A DNA stretch of 52,465 nt, the filler included, from Catajapyx aquilonaris (lineage: Eukaryota): NCBI GenBank assembly GCA_000934665.2. It is 3 parts of 3 records of this genome, joined end to end, with 100 filler letters (N's around TTAATTAATTAA, not from the genome) between each part and the next. Parts side by side here need not be neighbours in the genome. Positions count along the whole stretch, not along the records: positions 35,080 to 52,465 come from JYFJ02006961.1; 2 more parts are not named here. One strand, 5' to 3'. Below, in pieces: positions 35,359 to 48,381 of the stretch (within the stretch, counting starts at the first letter, position 1; each line of letters opens with the position of its first letter). The notes below the pieces were generated by a model that was not told the DNA's origin, did not search any database, and saw only the letters and a program-made list of their open reading frames with translations. The translations under genes and the position numbers were made by a program.

Positions 35359-38300
35359 AAGCCTGTTCGTCCAACCACCTTGTCAAGCCCAGCTCAGTCT
35401 GCTCTTCAGGTACGTTGATGTCTCATTCATCGATGTAATGTGCGTGTTGCTTGCATGATCCTTCCCAAACACATGGAAACTGTGTGGTATTACATACTCA
35501 TAGTCAAATTAAAACGTACCTTTTAATAGTGTCACAGATAGGGTTGTGAGGAGGAAACCAGTGGCAGTAGGCTAATCTGATTAATCAGGATATTGGTCAG
35601 GTGATGGTAAATAAATTAGACAAGGTAAACTGAGGTTGGGAATAAAGACTAGCCTCTAGTGCACACATGTAACTCTTAACAGGATATTTCAGCAAAAAAT
35701 GTCACCTTCATAATTTGCTCTGGGTCAACTGACAACTACTACCTTAACATGGAATATGTAAGGCATGCATAATTTGAATATTGTAATATTTAAAATGTTA
35801 CATTGTGAAAAATATGACATGCTTTTTCAGGATGCTGATGAGGAAGATGATGGTTATTTCTGAAATGTTTACTGTTGATTTACCAATCCTGTATTGGAAG
35901 CTGTGTATCTGTGCACATATATCTAAAAATTTCCACTGGACAGGTTTAAAGCAGCTAAACTACGTAATCATACTAGTGTAGAAAAACAAAGAAAATGAGT
36001 TGTAATAGTACTAAGCAGCTAAATGAGGTCAGGATTTTATGCAGTTTGTAGTCTTCAAGTATTAAGTTTTAAGGGATCATGTCACTCGAGCTGGTCCTGC
36101 TCTTAGAATCATCATTAAAGTCATTGCCAGTCTAACTTGACACCACTCCACCTGCTGTGTGAGCTAACGGAATATGAACTTGAGACCACACCTCTCATGG
36201 CATGAGCAAATTGATATTAGTGACAGCTGGAGAATAGTAATTGACAATTTATTTTCAGAAAGCATATCATTTGTGCATAGTACATTAACAGTTTATGAAT
36301 GTACGAACTTCCATAATAATACATTAGTTAGTTGTGTGTTGGTAGAATTCAGAATGGATATGTGCCATGGAAGGGGAAACAGGAACATTGCCATGAAAAC
36401 AAAAAGGGAGGTGTCCCATTCTGTCAAGATAGGCTGCTAGTGACTATAGTTGGGAATTGATAGTATGGTGGCTGTAGTAGTATTGTGTTGCACTGCTGCA
36501 CCATTCTGCACACACTGCACCATCCTGCTGTGTTGCTGCATCAGCTTTGGCATTTGAATGTTTGACGACCATGCATGGATATCTCCGTGTGCTTTTGCTT
36601 TTGTAGCTCTTGAATGTTTTGTAAAGGTGCCATGTAATCCTACCCTAAAATAAATTTCTTTACTGCCTGGCACCTACACTTGCACCACAATAAATCTGTA
36701 TAAACATGGCCTCAAATTTGATTTTTTGTTCCACAGCCACTGTATGTTTCCTATGACCTTGCCTTCTGATGATGTGCTAGGGAGGTGTCCCAAATTAAGG
36801 GTGAGTTGCACGATCGATTGTAAATCCAGATCAAATAATTGATTCTTGTTGTTCATTTTTTTAAATACAGTACTCAGAATGAGTAACAATAATCACCCAG
36901 TTGTTCTGGATTTACTATTGATTAGGCAACCTGCGCTAAAAGGCTGGGATCAAGTCATAAAATATTGTCATGTGACTTGATACTTCAAATGAGAAAGCGG
37001 CGGCCAAAAGCGACTCTCTTTGCCAAACCTCATTCCAAGCAAAAGTGACTTATGTAGTTTCAATTCATATAGCTGTTTATGCGATTCTCAGATTTCCTCC
37101 TCTTGTTATGGAGCCAAGATAGCTCATTTTGACGGAGTCTTTGGCTCATAAGATGCGCCTTTACTTGACAATTTAAAGGCAGTGCTAGCTAAAAAATTAA
37201 TAAATTAAGATAGCCACTTTTGGCTGCCACCACCTCTAATATGGGCTCCTTGTATTTTTGGCACACCACTATGATTGTAAAGCGTTGTATAGTGCACCAG
37301 TTAGGTCAGATTATCACTGCATGTTTGATGCACTGTGACACTGCATTAAAATTCAATTTTTAAAATCATCCATTTATTTTCATTGCATATCAGTTACAAG
37401 CATAGTTTGAACATCATTTGCATGGAATGCAGTGTCAGGTTTGAAATGTGAGTTTTCAGGATTCAAATGCTGCACTTGGGCATACAGTGGCAGAATCAGT
37501 GTTTGTGGAAATGCCATGACTTTTAATGCACTGCCTGAGGCTTAGAGCAATCAATATACGAATTTGTTTAATCAGTAGGCTTTATTGGCTAATGTGTGAA
37601 CTGTGGAATGAGGTGTGACTGAGCTTACATCTGAATTATTGGATATCAAATACTGGCCACAAGCAAATGTTAATTAGGTTGGGAATTGCACCTTTCTGGC
37701 ATTACTTTGTGCATTGTTATGCTGTGAATTGCAAGTATGACTTATTAATCGGTGTAATTCTTTCCAGGAGGTTCTGAGGGAGAAAGAGCAACACATAGAT
37801 CAGTTGATCCAAGAGCGTGATTTAGAGAGGTCAGACATTGCTCGTGCAGCTGACAGAGCTGAACATGCAGAGCAGCAGCTGGCGGAAAAGCAGCAAGAAT
37901 TTGATGTCTTGCAAAAAGGGTATGAGACAGAATTATCCGAATTACATAAGGGTGTGGCAGACCTCCAGGCTCATAATAAAGAACTGGAAATTCAGCTGGA
38001 GGAGGAAAGAAGGCAGCTTGAGGATTTACAATTCCAGGTTGAAGAAGAAAATATTACAAAGTCTGATTTACAAGTAAGAATAATACTAGGCCTAGTGTAT
38101 CAATGCTTTTAAAATACTCATTATATTCAGTAGTAAATGTGTCACATTTTTTCAGAACGATATAGGGGCAAGTCGAGAAAAAATACGAGAACTGAAAGAA
38201 TTGTTGGCTGGGGAGAGGAAGCGGGCTGAAACTTTGGAAGGGGAATGTCACGCTACTTTCGAACAAGAAGAAACCCTCACCAAGTACAAACATGAAATCG

Positions 38301-41300
38301 ACACTCTTAAACAAGATCTTAGAGAAGCTCAGGATCAGATAACATTTTTGGAGGTGCACAAGAAAGAGGGTGATCAACAACTTGTAGAAAAGACCAACAC
38401 TTTGGAACTGAGTATGAACAAACTGGGTGAACTACAGGACCTCCTACGGGCTAGGTCGGAAGAGGTGAAGGAGCTCATGAGTAGTGTAAGTGCCCTGAAG
38501 GAAGAAGTCAACACCCTCAAGAAACAGAAGAGCCAACAGGAAGTTGAGATGGCAGGTAAATTGATATAAAACTATTTACTGTACCAATATTCATTTCCTG
38601 TTTCTGCTAATTACAAAGGGGACTTATAATTTTACTTACAATTGCAGCTTTGGCCGGAAAGCTTTGTGCGAAAACTGAGGAGAAGCAGCAGCTCATTAAT
38701 GATTACCAAGCATTGCAGATTGCAACCAATGAGCTGAAGTTGAAACTGAGGGCTTCCGAGGAAAAGACCAACCACATTGTACAGCAAAAAAATAAGCTGG
38801 TACAGTTGTTATATTAGAATTTTATAAATTGTTGAGAGCATATTGCAGATGCTAGGTTGTGTCTCAGTTTTAACAAATAAACACCTTTAATTCATCACTT
38901 GAAAGCAGAAGAAGCATATATGATTTCTTTTGTCTGTAGTATAATAATTTGTTTTAAATTCCAGGATGCACAGATGATGGAACTAATGTCTTCATCAACT
39001 GGCTCAAATGAGCAGCTCACCAAGCTGATGGCTGAATTGAAGGAGAAGGAAGAAGAGATCATCCGACTTCAAGACCGTCTGACCCAAACATTCCAGGAGA
39101 AGGAGAAGGCGAACCAGATTATCGAGCAGGTGAAAGAGCAGAACAAGCAAGATTCTGAGCTGTTCAAGGAGGAGATTAAGAACCTGGTGGTCACAGTTGA
39201 AGGATATGTGAGTACTTAATAATAATTATTTGGCAGGTTTCAAAAAATTACTTTGAACTATGATGGCATCCAATATGGTCTCATGTGAAATAAATTTTAC
39301 TATTCCCTTTCTCAGAAAAGCAAAGTACAAGAAGCAGACTTGAAGGTCAAGGATATTGAATCTAGTCACTCAAAGGGTGTAGCAGCTGCACTTTCCAAGA
39401 AGGACCAGGAGATCACTAGGCTTGTTCAACTAAGGAAAGAGAAGGAAGAAGAAGCAAATGCCATCCAGATGAGGCTTGAGGAGGTGGAGAAGACACTTGT
39501 GTGCCTTCAAGCAGAAAAATTGGACTTTGTTCAGGAGATGGAAATCAAGCTTGCAAGCCTTGAAAGGGAAAAGGAGAGAATACAGAAGGAAAATGAGGAG
39601 GTATGTTTTTGTGTCAAATAGGGAGTCCAATCAAATCCTTGAAGTGCGTTTGTAAATATTGCATTTACCTCGATGTGACAGATCCTGGGGACAAAAATTA
39701 AACTCCAAGATGCCGTGCTGAGGCTGGAAGCAGAAAAGGAAACTCTTTTAGATGGCTCAGGTAAAACTTCACAGTTGCTCTCGGAGAAGGTGCAGAAGCT
39801 AGCAGAGTCAGCCAGTGAAATTGAGAGGCTCAGAGTGGACTACACAAGTTGCAAAGGTGACCTGGATAGTAGAGTGAAGCAATCCAAAGAGGACAAAGTC
39901 AACTTGGACAACACTCAAAAGAAACTGTAAGTGACAGCGAGTTGATTTTTTAATGTTTATTTTTTGTAGGGAAAATATGGCGAATCACAGCCTTTTGTAT
40001 CGACTCAACAGTGGTCTGACAACCAAACTAACTCTTCTTACCCTCTAAATTTTGATTTTTGATTTTGATTTTCTCATTCTGCTTGGCATATACTGTTGTG
40101 CAAACGTCACCTCTGCTGCTAATTTTCACGTCAAAATACAAGCTAAATGCGATATTCCGAAGCCACAACACCTAGCAGCTAGTCGCGGGTCGCCGGTCAC
40201 CGTGACTGTAGCGCACTCTAGTGTGGTGCGAGCAAGTAGATTATGACCTCACATGCTTCGAAATCGATTTTGTGTAGCAATTTATGAATCAAATTTAATC
40301 AGTCATTTACATATCACTGATATCAGTCGCGACGACCCACGACCGGCTACCCTTGACCGGATGCAGGTGTTGTGACTTCGGAATTTCAGTCTTTTGGCTT
40401 GTATTTTGACCCTGCTAACATGGAAATTAGTAGCAGAGGTGATGTTTGCATAACACTATAGGTCAAGCAGAATTAGACCATCCAAAAATTTTCAAAATTT
40501 AGGAGGGCAAGAAAAGTTAGTTTGGTTGTGAGACAAGGTGAAACGTAATTGATGTTATATTTTGCAATATTATTGCAGCATTGTCATATTGAGCGAAAAT
40601 CAGGTTCTTCCCAATCGCAAATGTCTGGACCCTCATTTAGCATTGAATTTATCATTTTGGCCAGGTTTTGCCTGGTTTGAAGGACTGCGCTACTGTTGAG
40701 AGAAAGAAGTTACCACTCTGATAATGCTGATGAGCTAGGAGAGCAGAAGTCCGAGGGTTGATTCATAAGTCATGGCATGTATTTTTTATTCAAAAACGGT
40801 AACACACAGAGATGTCCTTTGCTGAATTTGGAAGATCCAGCGATTACAATTTTATCTGGCATATAGATGCCGCCCATATCGCAAGGGGGGCCAGAAAACA
40901 AAGGGGATCATGATCCCCTCACTGCACCATTGCCCTAAGACGACCCGAGCCTGACACATCTTGAGCTGTTGGACGCTGCATGTGGGACACTCGTAGATGG
41001 ACAACACAGGAGCTTGCTTTCGAGTGTGGGACAAGTCAGAGCACTCACTGGAGCCATGTGTCATCCATCGCCACAAACAGTTTTAAAAAACCATCGCCCT
41101 CAATGCGATAAGAGTTCCAAGCGAGGGCAAAATGGCAGCACTTTTGCACCTCAAAGAGATGGTGAGGAACCAGTGAGGATGCCAACTTCTTGAGACCTTT
41201 CAGTCTTTCAGAGTCCTAAGCATAGTGCTCTGACTTATCCCACACTTGAAATCAAGCTCCCATGTTGTCCATCTCTGAATGTCCAGCATGCAACGTCCAA

Positions 41301-44300
41301 CAGCTCCCAAGCGCGTCAGGCTCAGGCCGTCTTAGTGCGATGGTGCTGGGGAGGGGGGGGGGGGGNATATGGGTGACATCTATATGCCAGATGAAATTGT
41401 AATAGCCAGATCTTCAAAACTCAGCAAAGGTCATCTCTATATGTTACCGTTTTTGAATAAAAATATACGCGCCATGACTTACGAATCAACCCACATATAT
41501 TGCAATGTTGAGCATTTTGGGAAATGTACTCTTTGTTTCATGCAACATAATTATGCAAAGCTGCTTATTATGGCTTAGGTCAAGAGTTAATTTTAAGAAT
41601 TTGCAAATGTGATTTTTTTCCCCATCCCTTAGCTAAAACCAAAATGTGTGAGTATTTTGGTTTTATTAGTTTGAGGAAAACTGAGTATATTTCTTATAGT
41701 TCTGCAGCATGATTGTCAATTAAAAATAATGTGTTGGTGCCTGGTGGTACTGTAGTGTACAGTAAGTGGATTCTGGCCCATGTCAGGTGGAAACAATGAG
41801 GGAAGATAAGGTGTGTGAATATAAAGTTAGTGTGATTCCATATTCCTTTACAAGCAATCCTTTTGACTAGGGGTTGAATTTTCGTCCCACTGCTAGTTAC
41901 TGCTAACTTATCAGTAGCAGTGCACTACAATGTTATTGCTAAGGTAGCAGTAACTAGCAGTGGGACGAAAATTCAACCCTAAGTTAATTGCTAGGGAACC
42001 AAAGTGCACAGTGTTGCTATTGACATTTAAATTGAACTGGCTTCCTTTCCCCTCCGTCCCGTACAGTTTCTACCGTGTAACTCTGGCTACATGCCATAAA
42101 GAATGTAGGAAAAGTGAATTACACAGGAGCCATTGTTGCCCGCAGACATGACACATGGTGATTGTGATGTAAAATATACTATTCCATGCATGTGTTCTGA
42201 TGTTTTAGGTCACGTGGTCCATGCGCGAAGAAAAGAAATTGCATCTGGCGCTAGCTAGTGACCTATTATCATATGGGAGTATGCTTCTGAGATGCTGCTG
42301 GATAATACATGTGCAAGAGAGGGTCAACCTAGAAATAAATCTTGCTATTTTACAAACCTTATGACAATTTACTGCTCAGTGAAAGACTGAATTAGTATCG
42401 CATGCCATGGTGGTTATTTCATAGTTATTGGGGAAACTCGTTATTACAAGGCTTAGTAGTGTGTTGAAATGACGATTTACATGATGCGTCCTGCTGCACC
42501 TCTTTAGGAGGGTGTTGTCATTGCATAGTCCTTATGAAGAAGAATGTTTACACAGAAGAGTGCTGCTGGCCACTGAAGTTTTTGTTGACTTGTAGTGTTT
42601 GTAGATAAGGCATGGTTATTAGCAGCGGCAGAGTCAGGCAATCTTTCAAGGCAGCATAAACTTCAGCAGTTGATCTTACAACTGCAGGTCCTTTCCATCT
42701 ATTTCTACCTGTAGTCCTGGTTCTTATTAACATTTGAACATTATAATTAAATTAGGAATACTGATTACTCGCGATCATATACAGAAATGATTGATGCTTC
42801 TTTGGAATTGTATGGTATGAGCATGCAATTTTCCACCGTGAACCCTCTACCTCTGATGTCATTGAAGCCCAACATCCTCTCACGAAAGGACACTTGACTT
42901 TTCTCATCAACACCATCCCTTCCCAAGTCATCTGACACTAGTGTCCCAACCTTCCACACCTGCACTGCCATTACCCGCAAGTCATCCCAGCAAGTGTTCA
43001 GTGTAAGTCTTGACAAAATTGTCTGATTTTTAAAACAGATTGGTTCACTATTATTAAAAGCAAGTAATTGCAATGCCAAATAATAGAGGAAAGCAATTTC
43101 CACACCATGTGCCTCAGAATTTGTGTCAATATCATGTGTATGCTCATTTCCATGAGAATCAATGTTACTCAACAGTGCTTGCAATGTGCTTTTTAAATTG
43201 AAGGTCAAGTTTTAGCCACTAAGATGTCATTTTATGGAAACGCAAGCATTATGAAAAAGAGCATTAATATTTTTCCTTTCTTTTTTCCGCCTCCCAGAGA
43301 AGAGGAGCTAGCTCGAGTGGAAAGGCTGGAGAAGGTAGTGCAAGACACTGAAGCTGAAAAATTGCGTCTTGGAGAAGAACTAGACAGAGTCAAATCTCAG
43401 AGCAATCGATACCAAGAACGAGTGACAACATTAGAAAGGGAACAAAGGGAAGGGCAAATCAGGTTAGTCCTTCTAATTCTTTCCCAATTTTTTTTGCCAT
43501 AATATACATAGCCCAATAATTCAGTAGAACAATAACAGTAGGTTTTACAACCAACACGATGAGTACCTGCTTTTGGAGAAGATGTTCTCATTTTTTCCCT
43601 CTGAAGGAAAAGGCAGTGAGGTCTCAGTGTTGCTGGTGTTCGTTTGAAAGCTTACAGGGATTGGCTTTGTGTTTTGTTTTTGTCTCTAAATGATAGTAGC
43701 TCAAACGAGTAGTGATAGAGAAACATTGCCCTGTTGCATGCATGGAAAATAAACGAATGGTGTAATTACTACTAACATCATGAGCTGGAAGCTGCCGAGG
43801 GTTGTAAGAGGCTGTTGAGAACTAACCGGGTGCTGCCATTTTTAAGGCTGTGTTTGTAATGAGTGATGCTGCTTCTAATTTTTCTTAACCACGAAGGCTG
43901 AGCTGGATGTTTTAATAATCTGCCCTCCCAACATGTGCTCTCATTCAGGGAATATAGCCCCGTTTTCATGTCTGCTTGCTACTTAATTTTGGGGCTCTCA
44001 CTTGTGACATTGCTTCTCTTCAGATGGCAATCTTAAAACTTTGTTTAAGGTAGGTGATATAGCATAAAAGGTCAAGCCTGTAGTCTACCAGCACTGCAGC
44101 CTCTCTGTGCACAAGCCTTACGATGCTTTCTCATCCTTTTCTGATCCACAGCAAACCATACAAAACTTCTCTGGTTGTTACTATTTTTATTGTGTGTGCC
44201 TGTACAGCAAAAGGTTTCTTTAGACGCTGGCGACTGTTTGATTTCTGCTTCATTGCTTCTGTAAGTTTAACTAAAAGCATGCTGCATTAAGCTTTCCTGG

Positions 44301-46635
44301 CATACTGCATGGCTGTCGAGCTTCACTGCACAACTATTAATTGGTTATGTCATTTTGAGAGCATTGTAGCGTCAGTGGGGGGGAAAAAAATATTAGACAG
44401 TATTATCAAGGACGGAGGCTTACACGGATTAAATCTCTTTCATTTCCTAACAGAGAAATTGAGAAAAATTTCGTCAACATGAAATTTTTTTGTACAGTCT
44501 GAGGTGATGCTGCCCACAGAAGCTGAGAAGTATTATTAGCTGATGACAAAACAAAGAGGAGCCGGAAGAAACTTATGGGTAGTGCCATTTGCCAACATGC
44601 GGAAATTATGCTTGTCATTTGATCACCTTTAGGTGATAATAAATCAGCTTTATTTTCATAGCTAATGTGATTTTTATATGAATTATTTTGTTCAATCCAG
44701 TTAGAGAGTGTTTGCCCTTAAAATGGAAATGAAACAGCTTGTGTTAAGTTTATTCTGTGTTCATAATTTTGGAGTTAAATTCTCAAGAGATTCGCGTGAT
44801 TCATGTACGTGAGCTTAGAGCAAATCAGATACTTAATTAGGTTCGAAGCAGCCACTCACTTTGTAATAATGCATGTGATAGCGCAATGTACAAGTTATCA
44901 TGTCCCTGTAGTCTTTCCTAACAATAAAATATTGTTTTAAATCATTTTTTTTAGTTTTACACAATCTAATGTTTTATGAGTCTGTGGAAACCCAATGGTG
45001 AGTACTATTTTTCCCAGAACTTTAATATGCAGTGGAGAGTCGATTAAGTTAACGGTATTGCATTTGTATGCATGTCCTGAAAGCATTTAGAAAGATAGGA
45101 TTGTGGTGTTGCTTGTATCGTGTTTGTTGTTTTGTCAGTAGAACCCTTCATTCTGTGGCAGTGTGAGTAGTAAGTGTCCCGTGCCAGTTTAAATGCTGAA
45201 GTACTAAGGATATATTTTTTTCCTCAGGTATAAAGAAAGTGAAGACCATAGTAGTAAAGAAAAATTGGAGCTAGAATCACATCTGGAGCAGTTGAAACAA
45301 AAAATAGAAGTTCAAGAAAGGGACATTGTACAGCAGAAGGCAGAGGTTAGTAAATCCTGACACGTACGTTGAAGTACTCAAATTGACATGATGGAGATCA
45401 GCACTACTCTATGCAAAGATATATGTTTCATAAAAAGAATCATCATCATCATGGATTTTTGTTGCAGATATCAAATCTGAAGGCTGCCTGTTCAGTGACG
45501 GTGGTTGCTCAACAACGGCTAGTTCTGTTGGAGGATGAGAAGAAACAGCTGGAGAAGAAGGTGGTAGACTTTCAAGTGGCTCTTCAAACTGCTCAGAACT
45601 ATGCTAATGCTAACAGTGGAGGTTAGATTTCAATATTGTTATCAGGTTTCATTGGTCACCCTTTCTTGCCATTGAAGTCATCGTTTTGCGTACTAACTCC
45701 TAGGCAACCAAAATCTGCCAAATGCACTCCTGGAACCTTCCACTTTTCCTTATTTCCATGGAGATTGCCCTCACGCAACAATAGAAGTAAACAGTGTTGA
45801 CATGTTTACTCTTATTGTTGCATGAGGAGTTGGTAAGCAGAACGATGACTTCAATGGCGGGAAATGGTGGGCCGCCTATACTGTTCTTACCAATTGACAC
45901 GTTTTGGCTCATAGATGCGCATCAGAAGCACTTGACAGAAGAGCTTGAAGCAACTCGTGGCCAGATAGATTTCCTAAATTCTGTGATAGTGGATATGCAG
46001 AAGAAAAACGATGAACTGAAATCCCAAGTCGAGTGCCTCAAAATGTTACCAACTCACGAACTGTTACCAGACAAGAATCTGTAAGTATCATCACTCAAAA
46101 ATCATTTCATTTTTAATTGCAATTGCGATCACTTGCACATGGGTAATTAACACCAAAAGGCCTTAAAATAATTGTAAAAATTGGGGAGTTACTGAATTAT
46201 TCACCGCTAGTCTGTGTTGTTAGTGTTGAACGATTTCTGTTCCAGTTAGGCAATGTAAACGGTTAGTTACTATTGCTTGTAATATCGTTTTGATAGTGTG
46301 TTCGTTACATGTTACATGCTTCCTTGCTTACATGTACGATTCCACTTTATCAGGAATGGACTCCAGGCCCAAGTCAGAGCACCTCGTCTTTTCTGTGACA
46401 TATGTGACAGGTTTGACCTTCATGACACAGATGACTGCCCGCTTCAGGAAACTGATCCAACTGCCCATACAAGGTATAATGAGGACAGGACGAAGGAAAG
46501 GCCTTACTGTGAATTGTGTGAAGGTGAGCTCAGGTGCTTTTTGACTTCTTGGAGATGTGTTACAGACAGATTTCCTTTGAATTTCCAGTGTTTGGACATA
46601 CTGCTGAGCAATGTGATGACAACCAGACGTTTTGA
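35359..46635 (+). CDS. CLIP1: CAP-Gly domain-containing linker protein (CLIP-170/restin/CLIP-190 homologue), 5'-partial, 13 exons
   Basis: GT-AG, phase-consistent exons: 35359-35409, 37768-38073, 38156-38555, 38648-38799, 38965-39207, 39316-39600, 39682-39926, 43298-43462, 45228-45345, 45468-45621, 45915-46080, 46354-46523, 46589-46635 (2502 nt, 833 aa). Motifs are SALQ|EVLREKEQHIDQLIQERDLERSDIA, a long coiled coil, QIDFLNSVIVDMQKKN, and two zinc knuckles (RLFCDICDRFDLHDTDDCP and [23 protein letters not shown]). CAP-Gly exons were not seen. Confidence 0.93.
40014..40534. repeat. Degenerate long inverted repeat (MITE-like) in CLIP intron
   Basis: GTCTGACAACCAAACTAACT... pairs with ...AGTTAGTTTGGTTGTGAGAC. 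Arms are ~180 bp, with mismatches. Confidence 0.78.
40755..41492. mobile_element. Long foldback DNA element in CLIP intron
   Basis: GGGTTGATTCATAAGTCATGGC...GCCATGACTTACGAATCAACCC. Inverted similarity continues ~300 bp inward on each side. Confidence 0.82.
41871..41979. mobile_element. Harbinger-type hairpin MITE
   Basis: TAG|GGGTTGAATTTTCGTCCCACTGCTAGTTACTGCTA...TAGCAGTAACTAGCAGTGGGACGAAAATTCAACCC|TAA. A related decayed copy lies near 12653-12700. Confidence 0.85.
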
Positions 46636-47110
46636 TAAACAAAATTTTGTAATATGGCTTCTGCTCCAGTGAATCTCATGTTGTTTATTGTTATTGTTTA
46701 CATCAAGAATGTTACATTTTCAGGATCAGTGTTGTACATTTGAAAATTCTTCTTGAAAGATGAGAGTTTAGCAGCAAGTCAAGAGCTGCCAGTCCATATC
46801 TAATATTGTTTGTTGCTGATGCTGTGATTCTTGGATGTGTCGAGAAGTGAACGGCACAATATTTTAAAAGCAGCTGTGAATATGTAGCTCCAAATCACCT
46901 AGCTTAGTGGATCGATTTATTAAAAAGTAGCATGATATCATGCTTGGATTGTTCAAGAAGAAGAGAAAAACAATGCCTTATAATACTCAAAGTTTATGCA
47001 GTCTTAAAGTTACGTGGTCTAGCGAGATAACAATTGCTGTTTCATATGTTGTTATGTGTAAGTTATGTTACTACCCCCCACCCCCCCGAATTGTTATTTG
47101 TGCCTTAGGC

Positions 47111-47116
47111 AATAAA
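47111..47116 (+). terminator. Candidate polyadenylation signal of CLIP gene
   Basis: AATAAA ~475 nt after the stop codon. Confidence 0.55.
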
Positions 47117-47189
47117 GTTTAATAAGAGGAGGGAATCAATCAGTTGACAATGTACAGATAAAAACATGGCAATTTAACACATCCACACT

Positions 47190-47195
47190 TTTATT
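47190..47195 (-). terminator. Candidate polyadenylation signal of RPB11
   Basis: AATAAA on the minus strand, 16 nt after TGA. Confidence 0.6.
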
Positions 47196-47211
47196 GAAGA
47201 AGTCAAATTGT

Positions 47212-48381
<1,170 letters not shown>

